A stretch of DNA of 64,000 bases from Candidatus Acetothermia bacterium (lineage in GTDB: Bacteria > Bipolaricaulota > Bipolaricaulia > RBG-16-55-9 > DRXL01), in the NCBI GenBank assembly GCA_016179105.1, contig JACOSB010000054.1, positions 84-64,083 on the forward strand, given 5' to 3'. Of this stretch, positions 46,158 to 55,966 are shown piece by piece. Position 1 is the stretch's first letter, and every line of letters starts with the position of its first letter. The position numbers were made by a program, and so were the translations under genes. The notes below the pieces were generated by a model. It was not told where the DNA came from. It did not search any database and was given only the letters and a program-made list of their open reading frames with translations.

Positions 46158-48485
46158 ATGAGATTCATTGCGGCGAGTTTTATGGTTTTTGCGGCAGTGT
46201 TCGCAGTGGGGATGATGGGATCGGATGCGCAGGCACAGACCACGCCCGCGTTTGCTTCTCCTTCCGGGTGCCGGACGACAACCCTCAAAAATACGTTGCT
46301 TTTCACCCAGGCCCGCACGGGCAACCCCGGGGACACGAGCGTTGTCGTCGGCGCGTACACCGTCACCGACGATGACCCCGAAGTCCAGGACACCGGATCG
46401 GTCGAGAACGCCAACTGCAACCCGGCTAGTTCTTCTGATGGCCATCCCACGCACGTCACGTCCATCACCGTCACGCTGGCGGGCGGCGACCTCGTCGCGG
46501 CCGACGTGCGCGCCGTAAAACTTCATCTCGACGGCAACCAAGATGGATTCATTCAAGCAGGCCAAGATCAACAGATCGGAAACGATCTGCCGGGTACGTG
46601 TTTATTCACGGAATGCGTCTTCAATTTCGGCCGCTCGACCCCGCTCTTCAGCGTCCACGATACTCAGACAGAGTCGCAAACGGCGACGGTCACTGAAAAT
46701 CCCTCCGAGGCGTTCATTATCTCGGTCGATCTTGGACCCAACGCGCGCGCGGGTGCCAATCTGATGATCAACGTGATGGCCGAGTCCAACGACATCGTCG
46801 TCCGCGGAGTAGATTCGGTCAGCTCCGACTTTAACGATACTTTTCGGAGCCAAACTTCTAATATCATTCTGAATAGTCTCACGGGCGGAGACAGTTTTGT
46901 CTTACGAGGAGTTAACAACGGCAGCGGCAATCCCGAGACGGGCATGAGGTCTGTCGAGTTTGATGGGCTTCTCACGCGCTTCCGCGACCAGAAGATCGTT
47001 CCGGGAACACGTGAGACTATCGCGGCCATGATCTATGTCTGCGAAGGAGGAACGCCTGTCACTCCCTCGGTCGTTATCTTGCCCGCGATCGCCAAGAGCG
47101 ATCCGACCATCGCTGGTTATCCCGATGTGCTTGCTTGTATCACTTCTTCTATCCCCGATACGATCGGCACGCGGTTGCTGCGCGTGCGCGTGGGCGTGAG
47201 CGGAAATTCGGGTGCGGTCGGCACGATGAGGCTTTACGACGACGCCAACGACAACGGTGTTCTGTTCGAGGGCGGCGAGCTCGTGCTGAGCGCTAATCCT
47301 GTGGGTGGGGTTGCCATCTTCGGTTCGCTCAACAACCCCTTGCTCTCTGGCACGCGCCCGAACGCCGAGCCCGCTCCGGGCGTATACGCCCCGCAAACCG
47401 GCCCTAACGTGACGCTCTGTGACTCTACTCAGGACAATCCCAAGCCGGGAGGTGCTTCGAAGGGTTGCCCACACTTACTGGTCTTCACCTTCGATGTCAA
47501 CAGCAACGCCCAACCCGGCGACGTGAATTTTGACATCGTACTGGACGTGGGCAACTTGCCGGGCGAGGGCACCGAGTCGGCCACGGCCTCATCGAACTTG
47601 ATCAGCACGGCCTCCACCCGCAGCAAAGTGACGATCGAAGCCCGCGAAATCATCACTCAACAAAAATCCCTATTGAAACTGACCGCGGAGCATTCGGGCA
47701 ATCCCAATGTCATTGAAGACGATGACATCTTCTGGGCGATGAGAAAGTGGACGAACAACGAGCCGCTCAATGACGACAATCTCAAAATCACAGACGGCGA
47801 TATGCTCACGGCCGTTCGTTATTGGTCCGATGGAACGAGCATCGCTGCAGCTACTCTTGGCGACAAGCGCTTTGGCACTCTGGCTACGTCTTTCGCAGTC
47901 AGCCAAAAAACGAGCGCTGTCACGGTCGCTCCGGGCGAGTCATTTTTAGTGACAACAACCATCGAGGGCAAGAGCGTGAACGGTCTCTTGATGAGCCCAA
48001 ACTTACCCGATGGCTGGACGGTCACGTCCGTGAAGAAGATAGATGCTGCTTTTAACGGGAGCGGTTGGCTCTGGTTAAATCTGAACGGGAAGATAACAGT
48101 TACCTACAAAGTGATAGTACCTGCTAGCGCGAAAAACGGCCTCTACACAATCGGTGGACAACTGAAAGTTGCGTCTCCGGCTTATGAAGCAGCGATGAAG
48201 AAGATCATCGTGAGAGTGGCGGGTGATCCCGTGGCTCTAAAAGTGAATGAGATTCACTTAAGCAATGGCGAGTTCATCGTCGAGGGTGCAGGCATCAGCA
48301 GCACGAGCATTGAGCTCTTCAGCTTGAGCGGCGCAAAGCTTTTTGCTGGCTCCGCTGAGGGCAATCGTGTCATGCTGAGCAACGCTGGCAGTCTAGCGAA
48401 TGGCGTTTATTTGTATCTGGTGACGATCAGGGGTACAGACGGCACATTGATTCGGCGGTTCAACAAACTCATCGTCCGACATTAA
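46158..48485 (+). CDS. Acidic secreted surface protein with dockerin-like duplicated motif and T9SS-like CTD
   Basis: Signal peptide ending AQA; LHLDGNQDG and LYDDANDNG loops; IEDDDIFWAMRKW / ITDGDMLTAVRYW; LANGVYLY...NKLIVRH. Alternative start 46116. Confidence 0.75.
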   Translation: MRFIAASFMVFAAVFAVGMMGSDAQAQTTPAFASPSGCRTTTLKNTLLFTQARTGNPGDTSVVVGAYTVTDDDPEVQDTGSVENANCNPASSSDGHPTHVTSITVTLAGGDLVAADVRAVKLHLDGNQDGFIQAGQDQQIGNDLPGTCLFTECVFNFGRSTPLFSVHDTQTESQTATVTENPSEAFIISVDLGPNARAGANLMINVMAESNDIVVRGVDSVSSDFNDTFRSQTSNIILNSLTGGDSFVLRGVNNGSGNPETGMRSVEFDGLLTRFRDQKIVPGTRETIAAMIYVCEGGTPVTPSVVILPAIAKSDPTIAGYPDVLACITSSIPDTIGTRLLRVRVGVSGNSGAVGTMRLYDDANDNGVLFEGGELVLSANPVGGVAIFGSLNNPLLSGTRPNAEPAPGVYAPQTGPNVTLCDSTQDNPKPGGASKGCPHLLVFTFDVNSNAQPGDVNFDIVLDVGNLPGEGTESATASSNLISTASTRSKVTIEAREIITQQKSLLKLTAEHSGNPNVIEDDDIFWAMRKWTNNEPLNDDNLKITDGDMLTAVRYWSDGTSIAAATLGDKRFGTLATSFAVSQKTSAVTVAPGESFLVTTTIEGKSVNGLLMSPNLPDGWTVTSVKKIDAAFNGSGWLWLNLNGKITVTYKVIVPASAKNGLYTIGGQLKVASPAYEAAMKKIIVRVAGDPVALKVNEIHLSNGEFIVEGAGISSTSIELFSLSGAKLFAGSAEGNRVMLSNAGSLANGVYLYLVTIRGTDGTLIRRFNKLIVRH

Positions 48486-48497
48486 GAGGGGGTTGCA

Positions 48498-48537
48498 CGA
48501 ACCCTCGGCTCTACCCGAGCCGGGGGTTCGTTTTTTT
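48498..48537 (+). terminator. Intrinsic terminator
   Basis: CGAACCCTCGGCTC-TACCC-GAGCCGGGGGTTCG followed by T7. Confidence 0.85.
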
Positions 48538-48549
48538 GAGGAATGTGCT

Positions 48550-48584
48550 GTAGGGGCGAATCTTGTTGATGAGAAATCGCCCAC
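48550..48584. repeat. Degenerate GTAG-type REP
   Basis: GTAGGGGCGAATCTTG...AAATCGCCCAC; first 16 nt identical to the 31942 copy. Confidence 0.65.
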
Positions 48585-48692
48585 CAGTTCACCGAATAAC
48601 AAAACTACTAGCGCTCAGTAGATCATTCACTTAAAACTAAATTTTTGCTTCCACCTTTGAAATAGCTTGCTGCGTTCGATACACTTTTCTCC

Positions 48693-50447
48693 GTGCCCAA
48701 ATCAAAAACTTTTAGGAATTCTGCTGCTTGGAGGAATCCGATTTTGCGTTGGTTACCGTTGAAAACTTTTGCTTGCTTGCTCTGTTTCAGTCTGCTCTAT
48801 ATTGACCCTGTAGGTCTCAGCCAAGTTGCTTCAACGTCTTACAAAATTGAGTCCCAAACTCTCGACGAACAAGGCGTCACGCACATTCAAGTCAAGAACG
48901 CACTCATAAACTATGATTTTTCGACTGTGGGCGGAACTCTGCAGAGCGCCTATCTCTACTTCGCACCCTGGGGAAGCTCACGCGAAGAGATGATCCCCGG
49001 GACGACAACTGATCAAAAATCACTCAAGCGCACTTACACTCCTGGGCAGGTCTACCCCTTCCAGCTAAGTCTCGGCTTGCTCAAGCCAACGGACGTGTAT
49101 CAATCGCGAATAATCCCTAGCGCTGACGGAAGCCAGCTCCAAGTCGAGTTCACCCACGAGGCCGATGGTCTCAAAGTGACCAAACTCTACACGATCCATA
49201 ACGATGCGACGGGCACGATCGACTTTGCACTCACCTTGCAAAATTTGTCTCCTTCTGGAAAAAAATTTGACGACGGGTACAAACTGGCGCTCGGTACAGG
49301 CGTACACAAAATGGACGAAAAAGCCGAAGCGCGTTTCTTCTTCGATGGGCAGCGCACGAGCGCGATCGTCCAGAACGGGAAACTCGAGGGCCTCGGCTTC
49401 GTGAGCGGCTTTGCTCTCTGGTTAATCACCCAGCCTACGGACAGTTTGAAGCCTTACCAAGAACCGCTCCAGCTCAATGTGTCTACCCAGCAGGGTATTT
49501 TGCAAGTGAGCAAGACCGCGCTCGGCGTCCAGTCAGCACCGATCACGCTCGCGCCGAGCCAAACGATGATCCACAATTTCCGGCTCTACACGGGACGCGT
49601 CAAATATACGCTGCTCGAATTGGTAAAGCTCCAGCACATCGCCGACATGAGCTGGTGGGACCAGCTGCTCGTGCCGGTCGCGAACTTCTTGAACTGGCTC
49701 TTCGGCTTCACCGGTAACTATGCCTGGGCCATCTTGCTCTTCACGCTGCTCACGCGCATCCTGCTCTTCCCATTGACCCGAGCACAATATCACTCGATGG
49801 CCAAGATGACTCAGCTTCAGCCCCGATTGCAAAAGCTCCAGCAGCGCTATCCCAACCTCAATCAACTGAAAGCCAGTTACCCTAAGATGAGCGAGCTGGA
49901 ACTCAAACAGCGGGCCATGGAAAACCGCCAAGAGATGACGCAGAAAATGATGGAAATGTACAAAAAAGAGGGCGTCAATCCTCTCGGCGGTTGCTTGCCC
50001 ATGGTCATTCAGTTCCCGATTCTCATCGTCTTATGGCAGGCGATCACTTACACGGCCGAGCAGATTCACTTGACGCCGGGTTTTCTCTGGTTGCCCGACC
50101 TCAGCTTGGCCGACCCTCTTTACATTATCGTGCTCTTGACCGTCGCCGCGATGATCGTCCAGACCAAGATGACCCCAACGCCCGGAGCGCAGCAAAATCA
50201 GCTGCTGACCTGGGTAATGCCGATTATGATGGGTGTGATGCTGAAAGATTTTGCGTCCGGGCTTTGGATCTATTACTTTTCCTCGACGGTGGCGCAAGTC
50301 GGCCAGCAGATGTTCATCAGCTGGGAACTGAAACGCGAAGCCGCACGCAAACCCGCACCAGCTCTGGCCGAGGACGATGACGCGTTGACGAACAAACCCG
50401 TGGCCCAAGAAGCGCAGGTCAGCGATGGAAATCGATCCCAAAATTAA
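48693..50447 (+). CDS. yidC: Membrane protein insertase YidC (long form)
   Basis: GNYAWAILLFTLLTR, GVNPLGGCLP, FLWLPDLS; large N-terminal extracytoplasmic domain. Start uncertain. Confidence 0.92.
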   Translation: MPKSKTFRNSAAWRNPILRWLPLKTFACLLCFSLLYIDPVGLSQVASTSYKIESQTLDEQGVTHIQVKNALINYDFSTVGGTLQSAYLYFAPWGSSREEMIPGTTTDQKSLKRTYTPGQVYPFQLSLGLLKPTDVYQSRIIPSADGSQLQVEFTHEADGLKVTKLYTIHNDATGTIDFALTLQNLSPSGKKFDDGYKLALGTGVHKMDEKAEARFFFDGQRTSAIVQNGKLEGLGFVSGFALWLITQPTDSLKPYQEPLQLNVSTQQGILQVSKTALGVQSAPITLAPSQTMIHNFRLYTGRVKYTLLELVKLQHIADMSWWDQLLVPVANFLNWLFGFTGNYAWAILLFTLLTRILLFPLTRAQYHSMAKMTQLQPRLQKLQQRYPNLNQLKASYPKMSELELKQRAMENRQEMTQKMMEMYKKEGVNPLGGCLPMVIQFPILIVLWQAITYTAEQIHLTPGFLWLPDLSLADPLYIIVLLTVAAMIVQTKMTPTPGAQQNQLLTWVMPIMMGVMLKDFASGLWIYYFSSTVAQVGQQMFISWELKREAARKPAPALAEDDDALTNKPVAQEAQVSDGNRSQN

Positions 50448-50958
50448 GACTGCTCTAGAAATTTATCTGAAGGGGCTTTTCGAGGTTGTGGGCGAGCACG
50501 CTCACGTCGAGATCCGCCCCGGTGAAGAAGGCATCCTCATCGATTTACAGGGCGCGAGCGTCTTTGAGGGCCAAGACCAGCGGGCACTGCGCTCGTTGGC
50601 GTATCTCTTAGAGATCTACGTGAGACGCACGATGAACGCTGAGATTCGCGTGCAGATGGACGCCGACGGCTATCGTCAGTATCGTAAGGAAGAGCTGCGC
50701 GTGATGGCGTTGCAGATCGCCGAGGAAGTGATGCGCGAGCGCAAGCGCGTGCGCCTCAACCCGATGGAACCCTACGAGCGCAAAGCCGTGCACGAAGCGC
50801 TTCAAGAGATACCGGGCGTGCGTACGTACAGCGAAGGGCCGAACGAAGAACGAAGAGTTATTATCGAGCCCGTTGATTTATCCAAAGCTTCCGAGAAGCC
50901 GGAGAAGAGAGTAGAGGGGCAGCCGAACCCTGCCCCGCCAAAGAGCAACGAGCAGTAA
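50425..50958 (+). CDS. jag: Jag/EloR-like KH-R3H RNA-binding protein (short form)
   Basis: LNPMEPYERKAVH R3H motif, TYSEG; follows yidC. Confidence 0.85.
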   Translation: MEIDPKIKTALEIYLKGLFEVVGEHAHVEIRPGEEGILIDLQGASVFEGQDQRALRSLAYLLEIYVRRTMNAEIRVQMDADGYRQYRKEELRVMALQIAEEVMRERKRVRLNPMEPYERKAVHEALQEIPGVRTYSEGPNEERRVIIEPVDLSKASEKPEKRVEGQPNPAPPKSNEQ

Positions 50959-50978
50959 CAAAAGGCGGGGTTAGGGCT

Positions 50979-52754
50979 TTGCCCCTCGTGCGCAGTAGAG
51001 GGACAGCGATCACTCTGAAAGAAGACAAAACTCTACACCTGCTTTCGCCAAATTCCTTCGGCTTCGCGAGCCCATCCTTTACGGTGGGAGCAGCATCCGT
51101 CGGCAAACGAAGTTTAGCCACCGATGCGCACGTTATGATAGCCTGGGCTCGACGCTGTAGAAGGAATCTTCTCATTGCGCTGCCGTTCTCTCTTTTCTTT
51201 TTTGTCCTCGCTGATGTACGCCTGTGGGGATTGGGTCTTGGTTTGGGTGTCTTAATCTTCGGGCGACTTCTTAGACAAAACTTAAAACTGCCCGATTGGG
51301 TAGAACTCGCTTTCTTGAGCGCGGCCGGATTCGTAGCCTACGCATTCGGATTTCGCATTCAATTCTTGACCAAGCCCGAGGGCGGCTTCTTCTATTTGAC
51401 GGCGCTCAGTTTGCCCCTCACGATCGCGTGGATCGTCGCTGTCGCGCAGAGTGTGAATTTTTTGGGACGCGTCGACTCCACCGGAAAGCTCCTAGGCAAG
51501 ACTGTCTTGCTAACGGGCTTCGCTTTTCTTTTGACCGATCTGCTCCAGAGCCAAGTGCCAGCCTTCGCGCTCGTGCTGGTGCTCGCCATCCTCGGGCTAA
51601 CGCTGGCTTTGATGATCCATCGTATCCACTTCGCTATTTCGGGAGTGGGCCAGTGTTTGAGTTTTGGCTTGGCGCTCGTCTCAATTTCGGGTCTACTGAA
51701 GACGACGGCCTCGCTCGCGCTCTTGACTCCTTTAGCCATCTTCGGGCTGCCGATGGTGACGACGAGTCTTGCATTCGCAGCGGGTCGTGCGCCTATGCAA
51801 CACGGGTGGCTTGACTTCTTCACAACTAGAGGCTTTTCTGTAACAGCTGCGCTCTTCTTGATCTATCTCGCGTCGAGCTTGCTGAGTCTCTCGCTCGTGC
51901 TTACGGCTCAACTCAATACTTTGGCGTTCATCAGTTGCTTCGCGCTGCTGATCGTGAGTGGAACTGTTTTGGTCTTTGGCAAAGACCGCTGGCTCGCGGG
52001 CGGCTTGGAATCTGATGAGAAAAAACTAAAACTTTTTGGGACATCCGTCGATCGCGTGACGCTCGACGAAGCATCTGACAAGCTAGAAACATTGGTGCGT
52101 TCCGGGTACGGTGCGATGATCATTACGCCCGATACGACGGCGCTCATGCGCGCGCAGCGCGACGCGAAGCTCAGAAAAATCTATGAGAGTGCGGCGCTCG
52201 TGACTCCCGATGGATCGGGGCTGGTGCTGGCGTCCAAATTACTCGGAATGTCTCTCAAAGAGCGCGTTTCCGGGATTGATCTCTTAGTAAGATTTTTCCC
52301 GTGTGCGGCTGCGAAGGGTTATAAAATTTTCTTACTCGGCTCAGCGCCGGGCGTAGCCGAAGAAGCTGCGCTCAAGCTAGAGAAACGCTTTAAGAAATTG
52401 AAAATTGTCGGGACTCACCACGGCTATTTTAGCGCCAAAGAGAATGACGCTGTGATCGAAAAAATTCGCCAAACACAGCCAGATTTGATCTTGGTCGCGC
52501 TCGGTGTGCCGCGCCAAGAGCATTGGATGTCGGAGAATCAAGAAGCGCTCGGAGTTCCAGCGCTCATGGGCGTTGGCGGTAGCTTAGATGTTTTTGCGGG
52601 AAGAGTAAAGCGCGCACCGGAACTTTGGCAAAAGCTGGGGCTCGAATGGGCGTATCGCGTCTTAAAACAGCCATGGCGGCTCTGGCGTGTGCGGGTCCTC
52701 CCGATCTTCTTGAGCAAAGTCCTGCTCCTCAAATTGGTCAAAGCGCTGGTCTAA
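50979..52754 (+). CDS. WecB/TagA/CpsF glycosyltransferase fused to a degenerate MraY/TagO-like membrane domain
   Basis: C-terminal TPDGSG, ERVSGIDL, HHGYF, VALGVPRQE, GVGGSLD, KRAP, LEWAYR; polytopic N-terminal half. Start uncertain. Confidence 0.85.
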   Translation: MPLVRSRGTAITLKEDKTLHLLSPNSFGFASPSFTVGAASVGKRSLATDAHVMIAWARRCRRNLLIALPFSLFFFVLADVRLWGLGLGLGVLIFGRLLRQNLKLPDWVELAFLSAAGFVAYAFGFRIQFLTKPEGGFFYLTALSLPLTIAWIVAVAQSVNFLGRVDSTGKLLGKTVLLTGFAFLLTDLLQSQVPAFALVLVLAILGLTLALMIHRIHFAISGVGQCLSFGLALVSISGLLKTTASLALLTPLAIFGLPMVTTSLAFAAGRAPMQHGWLDFFTTRGFSVTAALFLIYLASSLLSLSLVLTAQLNTLAFISCFALLIVSGTVLVFGKDRWLAGGLESDEKKLKLFGTSVDRVTLDEASDKLETLVRSGYGAMIITPDTTALMRAQRDAKLRKIYESAALVTPDGSGLVLASKLLGMSLKERVSGIDLLVRFFPCAAAKGYKIFLLGSAPGVAEEAALKLEKRFKKLKIVGTHHGYFSAKENDAVIEKIRQTQPDLILVALGVPRQEHWMSENQEALGVPALMGVGGSLDVFAGRVKRAPELWQKLGLEWAYRVLKQPWRLWRVRVLPIFLSKVLLLKLVKALV

Positions 52755-52959
52755 GCTAACTTAACTTCTCTCAATCCGTCTTCAGGTATAAATCTCAGTG
52801 GCAAACTGCCGTTTGACTCTGCTGGACGCGAAGAGCTACAATTTATCGTACCGTTCCGCCGGCCGGAGAGTCTTTGTTAAGCTCTTCGGTGTCAGGAAGT
52901 GCCAAAACGCTCGTAGAATTAGATTCAGAAAGCCAAAGACCAAAGGGGGAAGAGAAGTT

Positions 52960-54888
52960 ATGCAACGCCGCGCCGATCGTCTTGCCTTGAGGAATTTGAT
53001 GCTGTTCTCAGTCGCTCTGGTGTGCTTCACTCTTGCTGTCTATCATCCGTGGGCTCTGGCTGGGCCTCAAGACAATAGTTTGGTCGTCGGAACTTCGCAG
53101 GAGCCGCGCGTCATCGGCGGAGATTTTTTGAGCGTCATCTCTAACCAAGCGATCAAAGCTGAGATCGAGCTCTATCTCTTCCCTAATGTCATCAACATCA
53201 ATCTGGACAGCAAAAATTATGCTGTGCTCGCGACGGAAGCCCCGACTCTCGAGAACAAGCGCGTGCGCTTTACGGATTTGGGTCAGGGCAAGCGTCGCCT
53301 TGAAGTGGATATTACCCTGAGAAACGATCTCAAATGGTCCGACGGAAAACCCCTCACAACCGATGATGTGCAATTCTATTACGACGTCGGCAAAGCCAAG
53401 GGGATGCCCCTGCTCAACCCCGATTACTGGTCTCGCGTCACGCTCAAAGTCAAAGACAAGGCCAACTATACTGTTATTTACGAGCCCGCGTTTTATACAG
53501 ATCTACAAGGGGGAACACGTCCGAGCGTCGCGCTTGGATACGCACCCGCGCACATTATGAAAGATGCTTGGGAGAAGACCAAGACGGCAGTTGCAACCCT
53601 CGATCCGACCAAGGACGCCGAAAAGCTGAACGAACTCTATCGCAATTTTTTTCAGCAGTTCTCGACCCCTGAAGCAGTCAACAAGGGCGCGATGGTCTAC
53701 GCCGGCCCGTTTGCCGTCAGGCGCTGGGTGCCGGGTAACTCAATTGAGCTTACTCGCAACAAGTACTTTTCCCTCACGCCTTCCGGCGGAGCTGAAAAAT
53801 ATGTCCAGAAAGTCGTCTATCGCTTTATCCAAAACACCAACTCGCTTCTAGTCTCGATCTTGGGCGGCCAGATCGACGTGACTTCGAGCGTGGCGCTCAC
53901 CTTCGATCAAGCCCGTAGCCCTCAACTGACCAGCCGCGCCCCCGGACGTTTTGACATCTGGTTTGTCCCGAGCGCGACCTGGGAGCACATCGACGTCAAC
54001 AAATTTTCCGCCGTCCAGAAGGTCAAAGAATTACAATTGGACAACCCCAAAACGCGACAGGCTCTGCTCTTCGCGATGAACCGCGAAGGGCTGACGAAGG
54101 CTTTTTTTGATGGCCTCCAGCCCGTCTCGCATATCTGGATCGCTCCTGTCAACCCACTCTTCAATCCGGACGTGAAAAAATATCCATACAACATCGAACA
54201 AGCAAAAAAACTCCTGGCCGAACTGGGATGGAAACCTGGCCCAGACGGCATCTTGCAACGCACCGTCGAGGGCAAGACGGTTAAGTTCGAGATCGAATTT
54301 GTCACGACCGCCGGCAACGCCGTGCGCGAGCGCGCCCAGCAGTTCTTGGCCGACAACCTCAAACAAGTGGGTGTCTTAGTCAAGATCAATAACGCACCCA
54401 GTTCCGTCGTCTTCGCGGATGACTATATCCAAAGGGCCGTTGAGAGCAAGTGGACCGGGATGTTTATGTTTGCGTGGGTCTCCAGCCTGAGCGAACTAGG
54501 AAACTTGTTTGCGTGCAAAGACTTAAACACCGGCGCGACCTTTATGCCGACGAAAGAAAACAATTATCAGGGTCAGAACGTCGGCGGCTGGTGCAACAAC
54601 AAGTATGACGAGATCCGCGCACAGGCAGTCACCGAGTTTGACGACAAGAAACGCAAGGCGCTCTTCGACCAGATGCAACAAACCTGGTCCGAGGATTTGC
54701 CGGCGCTCCCATTGTACTTCCGTTCCAACCCGTTCGTCGTCGCCAAAGGTCTTGTCAATTATGTGACGGCGGCGTATGCAGGTGGCAACGGGTATCCGTC
54801 TTGGGAATCTTGGAATATCGGCTGGGAACAAAAGGGTGCGAAAAAAATATACGACCAAGCGAAGTACGCACTTTCTCTCAAGAAATAG
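52960..54888 (+). CDS. Peptide/nickel ABC transporter substrate-binding protein (family 5)
   Basis: LRNDLKWSDGKPLTTDDVQF, GPF, RQALLFAMNR; signal peptide ending ALA. Confidence 0.9.
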   Translation: MQRRADRLALRNLMLFSVALVCFTLAVYHPWALAGPQDNSLVVGTSQEPRVIGGDFLSVISNQAIKAEIELYLFPNVININLDSKNYAVLATEAPTLENKRVRFTDLGQGKRRLEVDITLRNDLKWSDGKPLTTDDVQFYYDVGKAKGMPLLNPDYWSRVTLKVKDKANYTVIYEPAFYTDLQGGTRPSVALGYAPAHIMKDAWEKTKTAVATLDPTKDAEKLNELYRNFFQQFSTPEAVNKGAMVYAGPFAVRRWVPGNSIELTRNKYFSLTPSGGAEKYVQKVVYRFIQNTNSLLVSILGGQIDVTSSVALTFDQARSPQLTSRAPGRFDIWFVPSATWEHIDVNKFSAVQKVKELQLDNPKTRQALLFAMNREGLTKAFFDGLQPVSHIWIAPVNPLFNPDVKKYPYNIEQAKKLLAELGWKPGPDGILQRTVEGKTVKFEIEFVTTAGNAVRERAQQFLADNLKQVGVLVKINNAPSSVVFADDYIQRAVESKWTGMFMFAWVSSLSELGNLFACKDLNTGATFMPTKENNYQGQNVGGWCNNKYDEIRAQAVTEFDDKKRKALFDQMQQTWSEDLPALPLYFRSNPFVVAKGLVNYVTAAYAGGNGYPSWESWNIGWEQKGAKKIYDQAKYALSLKK

Positions 54889-54905
54889 TTTTGTAAAGAC
54901 CAACA

Positions 54906-54947
54906 ATGCCCTGTAGGGGCGACCGGCCGATCGCCCCTACAGGGCAT
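54906..54947. repeat. GTAG-type REP with extended stem
   Basis: ATGCCCT-GTAGGGGCGACCGGCCGATCGCCCCTAC-AGGGCAT. Confidence 0.88.
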
Positions 54948-54958
54948 AGGGAGCAGCG

Positions 54959-55966
54959 ATGCTAGCTTACACGATGCGACGGCTCTTGCAGATGATCCCG
55001 CTCCTCTTTGCCGCCTCGCTGGTCATATACGCATTGCTCGCGTTGCAACCCGGCGACCCCTTGGATGAGCTGCGCCAGAACAATCCCAACTTGACGAGTG
55101 AGCAGCTCAGCCAACTGATACACGCTTACGGGCTCGACCAACCCATCTACATTCGTTACTTCAAATGGCTGGGCCGCGCCCTCCAAGGGGATTTCGGCCA
55201 GTCTCGGACCTACGCCCAGCCGGCAGCCAAGTATGTCTTCACCGAGCGATTGCCCAAAACACTGGCTCTTTCTGGAATTGCTCTGCTCTTGGCTCTGATC
55301 GTTGCGATTCCCATTGGCGTGCTCTCGGCCGTGCGCCAGTACTCGCTCACCGATTATTCGATCACGTTTTTCTCGTTCGTCGGTTTTTCGACCCCAGTCT
55401 TTTTTTTGGGGATCTTGTTGCTCTTTCTGTTCGCGATCGTCCTACCCGAGACCCTGCATATCCCGGCGCTGCCGACCGGGGGCGTGCCGAACGTTTTGTG
55501 GGCCGATGTGAAAGACGGTTCAGTGGATTTCTTCTCTTATATCGGGCAATGGGCCTATTATCTCGTCTTGCCGGTGATGACCCTCGCGCTCATCCAGATG
55601 GCCACCTGGACGCGCTTCATGCGGGCAAGTTTGCTCGAAGTGCTCACGCAAGACTTTATTCGCACGGCGCGATCGAAGGGATTGGCCGAGCGCCGAATTC
55701 TCTACAAGCACGCGCTCAGAAACTCACTCATTCCGATCGTCACGCTGGTCGGTTTGGCGATTCCAAACGTGCTCGGCGGAGCAATCATCACCGAGACGGT
55801 CTTCTCGTATCCGGGCATGGGCACGGGGATCTTTGACTCCTTGACGCAAAAGGACTACAACGTGGCCATGGTCTCTCTGGCATTCTTGGCTGTCTTAACG
55901 GCCTTCTCGACGCTGTTCGCCGATCTTATGTACGCGATCGTCGACCCGCGCATCCGCTATGACTGA
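54959..55966 (+). CDS. Peptide ABC transporter permease (OppB/DppB)
   Basis: PGDP, YGLDQP, TARSKGL (EAA loop), HALRNS, DPRIR. Confidence 0.92.
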   Translation: MLAYTMRRLLQMIPLLFAASLVIYALLALQPGDPLDELRQNNPNLTSEQLSQLIHAYGLDQPIYIRYFKWLGRALQGDFGQSRTYAQPAAKYVFTERLPKTLALSGIALLLALIVAIPIGVLSAVRQYSLTDYSITFFSFVGFSTPVFFLGILLLFLFAIVLPETLHIPALPTGGVPNVLWADVKDGSVDFFSYIGQWAYYLVLPVMTLALIQMATWTRFMRASLLEVLTQDFIRTARSKGLAERRILYKHALRNSLIPIVTLVGLAIPNVLGGAIITETVFSYPGMGTGIFDSLTQKDYNVAMVSLAFLAVLTAFSTLFADLMYAIVDPRIRYD

